DNA of 64,000 nt, taken from Octopus vulgaris. Its lineage: Eukaryota. This document shows, piece after piece, positions 56,262-64,000 of the stretch. Position numbers and translations under genes: made by a program. The first letter of the stretch is position 1. Each line of letters starts with the position of its first letter. Location: NCBI GenBank assembly GCA_951406725.2, contig OX597832.1, positions 66,278,001 through 66,342,000 on the forward strand, written 5' to 3'. The notes beneath the pieces were generated by a model. The model did no database searches, was not told where the DNA came from, and was given only the letters and a program-made list of their open reading frames with translations.

Positions 56262-56304
<43 letters not shown>

Positions 56305-56314
56305 TTACCTATCT

Positions 56315-56370
<56 letters not shown>

Positions 56371-56376
<6 letters not shown>

Positions 56377-56940
56377 TTATTTTTATTTTATCTAGTTTTC
56401 AGCTCGCGAGCTGTGGCCATGCTGGGGCACCGCCATTTGGTGTTGCTACATAATTTTACTTCACGAATGCTTTTTAGCAATTGCCATTTGGTGCATTACC
56501 GAGTTCGATGCAGCTGCCCTCATCTGCACCTCCTGCCGTGAAGATGGTTTATCTGGGACACCTGACAGGAAGAGTTCCAGTTTTATTTTAAAGACATCTG
56601 CGTCCACCCCATGCAGGTCTCTCAGGTTCTTCGGGAGGATATTGAAGAGCTGTGGGCCTTGGAAGCCCAGGCTATCACAGTATCTTGTCCTACATCTTGA
56701 TGGCAAATTTGGAGTCCTTGGCACTATGCAGTGGCGCCCAGTTCTAGCATTTGTGTAACTCCCGATGCTAAATTTGGGACAAGTCCTTCTAGGATCTTCC
56801 AGATGTATATTATGGCATATCTTTCTCGCATACGCTCTAAGGAATAGAGTCTTAATCTCTTGAGTTTTTCCCAGTAGCTTATATGCTGCACAGAGGCTAT
56901 CTTCTTCGTGTAGCTTTGTTGGATCGCCTCAAGTTCTGTA
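56371..56940 (-). mobile_element. CR1-like LINE 3' fragment, same family as 42518-43858
   Basis: Near-identical to 42518-42978. Encodes ELEAIQQSYTKKIASVQHISYWEKLKRLRLYSLER and GPQLFNILPKNLRD. Confidence 0.9.
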
Positions 56941-57769
56941 ATTACACATAGTAGGCATACGTATATACGTGTATATAGATTTATATACATACATACATGC
57001 ATATATACATGTGTGTGTATGCGTGCGTCGATGTTTGTGTAGAAGTATGTTTGACTTACTCACTTTTTTAAATAAATATGCAGAAGAGTTAGAAATTTTC
57101 AAAACACTTTTTGACGCAGGAAGTAAAGTTGAAAGAGACTCTGAAATGTGCTACAGTAAACCTTTTGGATCTCCGTGTAAATAGAAAATGTTCCTTGTCA
57201 TGTTACGACATTGCTAATCATTTTCGTTCCATATCTGATTACTAAATGAAAAAACCTGGGAAAAATTTTAATATTCTGATCGAAAAATGGATGAAAATTT
57301 TGTGACGGTTGGATATTTGAAAATCATATTATTGTGTATCATTCCGTATGCTTTACAAACTTATATATTATGACAAATGGTATCGATATTTATAGAAAAT
57401 ATTAGAGGAAAAAAGGAATATGAGGATTTGATAAAGTCACGATACCTCTATTTATGAAGAATGTCTAAATATATCTTTTATATTAAAAAATTGCAAATTT
57501 AGTTATTTAGAGATTTAAACCATTTTCGACATTGTTTAAAATTATAATTGTATTAATATTTATTACCTGTATATTCTCTCTATATTAAAAATATTATTAC
57601 AGTATTGGTGGATATTACAGTTCTAATAATATTCAAACAAGTATACTTGAAATTGATAGGAGTTGAACTAAGAAATGCTGTACTGAGGAAAATAATTTAC
57701 TTAACAGAAATATGAGTTACCTAAATATTATACGTGTAAACAAGATTAATTACATATGGAGTATCTCAG

Positions 57770-57968
57770 TTGATGAAATGACGGAGCAGCCCGCTCGTGA
57801 AATTACAGACATGCCACAGACATAGCACCCCACAGACACGCGTACACTTAACGTAGACCTCGGGGAAATTCTGTGTGACACAGAATGTGATGCATCTAAC
57901 CATTTGAATTACAGGTACAACTCATTTTCGTCAGCTGAGTGGACTGGAGCAAAATGAAATAAAGTGTC
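57770..57968 (-). mobile_element. Diverged SINE fragment sharing the 3' tail of the 8362 SINE but with a different body
   Basis: Reverse complement GTTGTACCTGTAATTCAA..TCCCCGAGGTCTACGTTAAG..GTGTCTGTGG..TTCACGAGC matches 8558-8700. The upstream GCTCCAGTCCACTCAGCTG is absent from the 8362 copy. Confidence 0.7.
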
Positions 57969-58080
57969 TGGAAATAAATTCACCACCTTATCATTGTGAG
58001 CTGAATACCCCAATGATATAGACAAGTGCCTTCATTATGTCTGCACGTATGTATGTATGTATGTATACACACACACACAC

Positions 58081-58171
<91 letters not shown>

Positions 58172-59314
58172 ATACCAAAAATACGCATCAAACTGTCGAG
58201 AAATGAAAGGCCAACTAAAACGAAAATTAACTGCTCCCACCGCATCCTGTTAGTAGCAATAATAGTGATATAACTAACACTGTAGCAGCGTCGGAAAATG
58301 AACCCAGAGCTTCCTTCTATAAAATTAAATCTAATAAATGCTCATGCAGAGAAAAAGGAAAATGCCCAGTGATGAACCTCGGTATGAGTACTAATTTTGT
58401 ATATAAATGCACTGTACATAAAAGGAGAGGAGCGTATGTTTACTTAGGGGTAACGTCAGATTCATTTAAGACACTTTATCGCAACCATGTCACCAGCTTC
58501 AAGAACATCAACAAGAGGCATTCGACATCTTTATCTGATTTTAGGTAGCGACTAAAGGATGATAAAATGAAATATGATATAAATTGGTCCATAATAAGGC
58601 ACGCACAACCATATCATATCTTTTCCAGGAGATGCAGACTGCTCCGAGGAATACCTGTCTATTTTGTGGTCCAATGAGAAGATCATTAATTGGATTTCTT
58701 GAAGACTCTCAAGATGTTTACATGCTTATAAACGCATTTTCGCACAATGCAGTGAGAATGAATTTGAGTAACCATTAACGAAGCTAATAATAATTATTTA
58801 CCTTCAGGTATGAATAAATTAAATTTAACTCTAAACCCCACATCTTATAAACAATGAGTAATTTAATTTGCTGTGTAAATGCATGTGCGCCAAACCACAT
58901 ATGTGCGTAGCCTATATCTGCGTGTTAGCTTCAAAGAGCGAGAATGCTTGCGCCACACAAACTTAGCGAGGGTTTTTAATCCCCCATACTTCAAAACAGT
59001 TACATATGCTTTTTTTCACTTTATTGTGCATTTATTTCTTTTTGCATCTCATTTTTATTGATCTTCTATAATAACGAAGCTGCATCCCTTAATTTGCTGC
59101 ATTTGTATATATATACCGAGAAGAAAACTTGTAGAAAATCCGTTATTTAAGCAGGAAACATCTTGTTATAACTTGAAGAGACACATCTACAGTGACGGAA
59201 AGTACTAAACCAGTTGTTCAGCATCCAACTCATGAGAAGTCGCGCTGTTAGATGCCTCACAACAATTGCATTGACCAATAAACATTCTCGTATAATCAAT
59301 CTGCTGTCTCTCTC

Positions 59315-59349
<35 letters not shown>

Positions 59350-61701
59350 TGCATATATAAGTGTGCATCTGGATCTGTGTGGCTGTGAGTGCATACGTGT
59401 GTGTTTATGAGTGTGTGTAAGTGTGTGTGTACATGTGTGCTAGCTTGTATGTATTCAGAAACAGGGAGAGTGAGATTGCTTGAAAAGCTTCGAACAATAA
59501 GTAGTTATTTAAAATTGAGATAAAATTAACTTTCCCTTGAAAATTCCTACAAAATCGACAGTGAAGAACTATTTCAAGTAAAACAAATGAATATTTAATA
59601 ATTTTGAATTATTCTGTATTCCATAGCAATTGTTCGCTTATGATAGCAACCATATATAATTTTAAGCGTTTTCTCGTATGTTATGGCGAAAATTTCCAGT
59701 CCCTTGTTACATAATACATAAGCATCTACAACTTTTCTGAAGTCATGCAGTCACGCAAAGGCACACATACGAATATATATTAAATAAACAATCATATTTG
59801 CACCAGCATTAAATAATTCGATAAAAAGTATTCACCTGAATTTATTTGTTTTATTTCCATATTATTACAAATAAATATATTATACACAACATTGTTAGTA
59901 ACATGGATATACATTGCTTATATCAATTGGGCAGATAATTCTGGTATATATAATAAGGAGATGCATGTTTTATAAATGCATTATAATAAAGATACATGAA
60001 TTTCGACACGATTCAAAATTTACAAGCAACAGAATGTATAAAATATTTTTCAAATGTTAACAAGACCATTAGGCATTCTGCATAAATGTGTGTCTATGTA
60101 TATATATATATATGTGTCTGTGTCTGTGTGTGTATGTGTATGTGTATGTGTGTGTGTATTATATATATATATATATATATATACAGATAGAGAGAGAGAG
60201 AGAGAAACAGATATATATAAACACACAAATGCATATATTTAAATGCACATATATATGTATATATACATATATATACATATATATATTTATGAAAGTATCT
60301 CTCTCTCTCACTCTCTCTCTTTATATATATATATATATATATAAATTTATTGATTCATCTAAGCCGTAGTACTAATGAAAAAGCTCTTTCATATCATTGC
60401 ACAAAACACATAGGGTGTATAGTACGATATAAGAGAAAAATCATAAGGAATCTGTAAAATTTCATAGAGCGAGAGAAATATATTATGACGAATTTTATTT
60501 AACCATTGGTAATCGTATTCAACCATAATTGTTCCGCTGTACGTACATACGTTATGTATAGATAATATATTTTATTATATTGCATACAAAGAAGGAAATT
60601 AGTTATATATAAGTAGTAAATTGGTTAATATCTATGTAAAATCTTTAGATTAAAGTAGATATTAGTTGTTCAGGTTGAAAGAAATCCATGTTAAGATATA
60701 ATCCCTCGACATAACGTTTCATGAACGCAAACTGAAGGGCTAGCTTAATATGTATTTGCTCTTAAAAATGTATAGATATATTAATGCAGATATATAAGTA
60801 ATTCAGTATTTATTATGCAACATAATACTATAAATTATCTATACTGTGCTTTATCACTCTATACTTCACCCATTTGTAAATGTTTTATACAGAAAGACAC
60901 ACACACATTAATATGTAAGTATGAATGTGTGTTTGTGTGTGTGTATGCATATATTTAACAGAATATAAAGGAGTTCCAAATGCAAAATTGGTATAAAAAC
61001 AGATCGGAGAATCAGGCAGATACCGTTACATGGTGGCAAAATGTGAACAACAGGAGAAAATTGAATGAGTAGGACAAGAAGAGATACATGGGGCAGAGCG
61101 TTATTGATGAGGTAACAGAATGTGTGACGAAAAAAATTTGACAGATAATACACAAATAAAAACAGAAAACTAGAGTGAAGATCAGATATTGTGTGCGTAT
61201 GTTAACTTAGCAAAAATAGAAATGACCATCCCCAAATACCACAATATTTCAATACACATTTTTATATTAAAACGAGTTTACAAAAGAAAACATTTCTCCC
61301 AGGCATCACTCATTATAATACGTCTTGGCCTAATGACCCTTAATGTTTGTCTCCGTTGATTGTTTACTCTTTACGTCCATTCTAACGTTGCTTGTTCGTT
61401 TGAAGCGCTAACTCACCAGAAATTTTATATTTTAAAAATTTCGGGAAGCTGCTGTTTATAAAGTTTTCCTACATTGTCGTTCAAAGCTCGAAATAGATAG
61501 CAATTAACAGTCGATAACTGAGGATGGGTTAGACGTCTTTGCGTAATTTGTCCCATACTTGTCTCTGATGTGTTTATGTATTTTTCACTCGTTGGTGATG
61601 TCGTGTTCTTATTGTATATTTTTGGAAATTTGTTCCGTACTTATCTCTCGTGGGACTACGTACTTTTCACTCGTTGGTGATGTCCAGTACTTGAGGTATC
61701 T

Positions 61702-61743
<42 letters not shown>

Positions 61744-62084
61744 ACAAGGGACCGGTAACCATTACAATATGTAGCGGCGATAGGTCAACACGTTGTTCTG
61801 AGACTGACCAAGGAATTTTTATTTTTAGATATAAAAGATGTACTTAAAGGTAGTTGTGTTTTTAGCTTCTGCTTTTTCCATGATCACATGTGAGTATTTT
61901 ATTTATATACCCTCGTAAGATCTACTGAAGAAGAATGTATCATTTATAGTGATTAATTCCGAAATTTAAATTTTCTAAAGGTTAGTTGCCCGCCTTCAGT
62001 TCAATTTTCCTGTAACAAGTGGATTATAAGTGGATAAATCAGTGTATTGGCTTTAGAATAACCTTATTTAGCCCTTAATTATAA

Positions 62085-62158
<74 letters not shown>

Positions 62159-62392
62159 CATGTATGTATGTATGTATTTATGTATGTGTGTGTGTATGAT
62201 TAAATATCAGATAAATCTGTTAGGAATGTGGTAGAGTACATTATAAAGCTCGTCCACCTTCAGAATTACCCAGTGCTATCAGTAATATTATCATAAACAT
62301 CCAAGTTTAAGTTTGGGCATTAGTCGTGGGTGAAAATAAAATTGAAGAAACTGGAGTCAAGAAGGAGTACGGTTGGACATTTTTTTTATTAT

Positions 62393-62497
62393 TCGCTACA
62401 ATTGTTTCGGAGAAAAAGTAGTTCTCCAAGAACACAGGTTTTTGATTATGCAACTGATTGCTTGCATAATGAGATCCAGTTGTGTTTCCTCAGGCGA
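62393..62497 (-). ncRNA. Type I hammerhead ribozyme motif with enlarged domain II
   Basis: Minus strand: TCGC-CTGAGGA-[AACACA..TGTGTT, GGAGAA..TTCTCC]-GAAA-CAATTG-TA-GCGA. Confidence 0.6.
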
Positions 62498-62663
62498 TAT
62501 ACAACATTTGTCTCCGTGGGATTAAAGTCGTCGACCTGAAGCTCATCTCCTCTGTTCGTTGTGGCTTGAATTTACGTGGAAACCATTGCAGCGAATAATA
62601 ATTAAATGTTCAAATGTACCCCTTTTTCTTGACTCCAGTTTCTCCAATTATACACACACACAT

Positions 62664-62719
<56 letters not shown>

Positions 62720-63124
62720 GCAAATTGAGATACGGTTTGTGAGTGCAACCCACCATAGGATAACAAATATCCAATATACTGCCAGTACAGCACCCAACAA
62801 AGTTAATACATAAATGTTTAGAATTGCGATGCAATTAATTCATTTATTGTTTTACCACAAATTAATAATACAAAATAAGTAAATGGAGAAATACACCTTA
62901 ATCAATAATCAACTACTAGATAATACCCAATCACATAATTTATTAACCCACTACATATGAACATCAAGGTCAAATATAATAGTATAGAACAAAACAATGC
63001 ACATCAATGAGTAATATGATACAATAAGTACAATATGTATAAGTGAATATAAATAAATATATATATAAATATAAACTACATCTTACAGCTGTTTCAGCCA
63101 TGCAGATATGGGTATCTCATTATG

Positions 63125-63225
<101 letters not shown>

Positions 63226-64000
63226 CTATTTATATATATTTATATATATATATATGTACAAGTAGTTTTTTAATTTTGAGAATATTTTTACATTGGAATA
63301 TACAGAATAGCTGGAACAATGTCTAACAATTTTGACGTTGATGGAGAGAGCAGCGACGATTACGACGACAGTAATGATGGGAGTGATGACGATGATAATA
63401 ATGAGCAGGATAATGAAGGGGGAGGAAAATAACGATGAAGTTTAAGATAATGAAGATGCTGTTGCTTGCTGTATCCAAGTTGATGGAACCATTAAAGTGA
63501 ATAAAAGTGTAAAGAGATTATGGGAAACCCATCAATATTAAATCCATTTGGGATTCACTAATGTAGACACACCAATACGTGATACATTTTCTACGACGAA
63601 ACTATTGTTTCCATTTTGCTTTCCTATATTCCGGGTGCTTGCATCGTTTATATCATATTTTAAAATCCCCACCACCACAGAAACAATCATATATACTCAT
63701 GCAATATTATCCAAGAATATATATATATAAACCTAAATTTTTATATACACACACATCTATATATGCATGTCTCTCCCTCACTCTCCCTCCTCTCTCTCTG
63801 TATATATATATATATGAACTTATGCAAATATATCTACATGTTTACTCATATTCATATGAACACTGGACACATAAATGCATCGAAGAGAGATTATGTGATG
63901 CAGAGAGAGGGTGAGAGAGAGAAAGTGGTAGAAAAAGCGACATATAGAGAAGACATAAAGAGAGATGGAGCGAATGAGGGGGCAGGAGGGAATGGCGGAT

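Noticed and set aside
61582-61683. 21-bp direct repeat TTTTCACTCGTTGGTGATGTC with a spacer (superficially CRISPR-like)
   Set aside because: Only two copies, eukaryotic context and no cas genes; a local duplication.

Overview
AT-rich eukaryotic non-coding DNA (intronic or intergenic) dense in (TA)n, (CA)n, (GA)n and (TATC)n microsatellites. The SINE repertoire looks like that of an octopus or other cephalopod genome (inference). No intact host gene is recognisable, and most ORF-track entries are microsatellite artefacts. Mobile elements dominate: two Tx1/L1-like LINE 3' fragments with (TATC)n tails, three CR1-like LINE fragments, several tRNA-derived SINE families that share modules, a full-length decayed IR/DR-type Tc1 element with a non-autonomous Helitron inside its TIR, a fold-back mariner derivative, a Tigger-like MITE and a maT-like remnant. 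The most notable signal is a dispersed set of minimal type I hammerhead ribozyme motifs with short, mostly palindromic stem III: four good copies and several decayed ones. Two sit inside long inverted repeats and two lie next to them, suggesting Penelope-like or retrozyme-like non-coding retroelements. One duplicated, splice-site-bounded candidate exon (11698-11933) may belong to an unrecognised host transcript.
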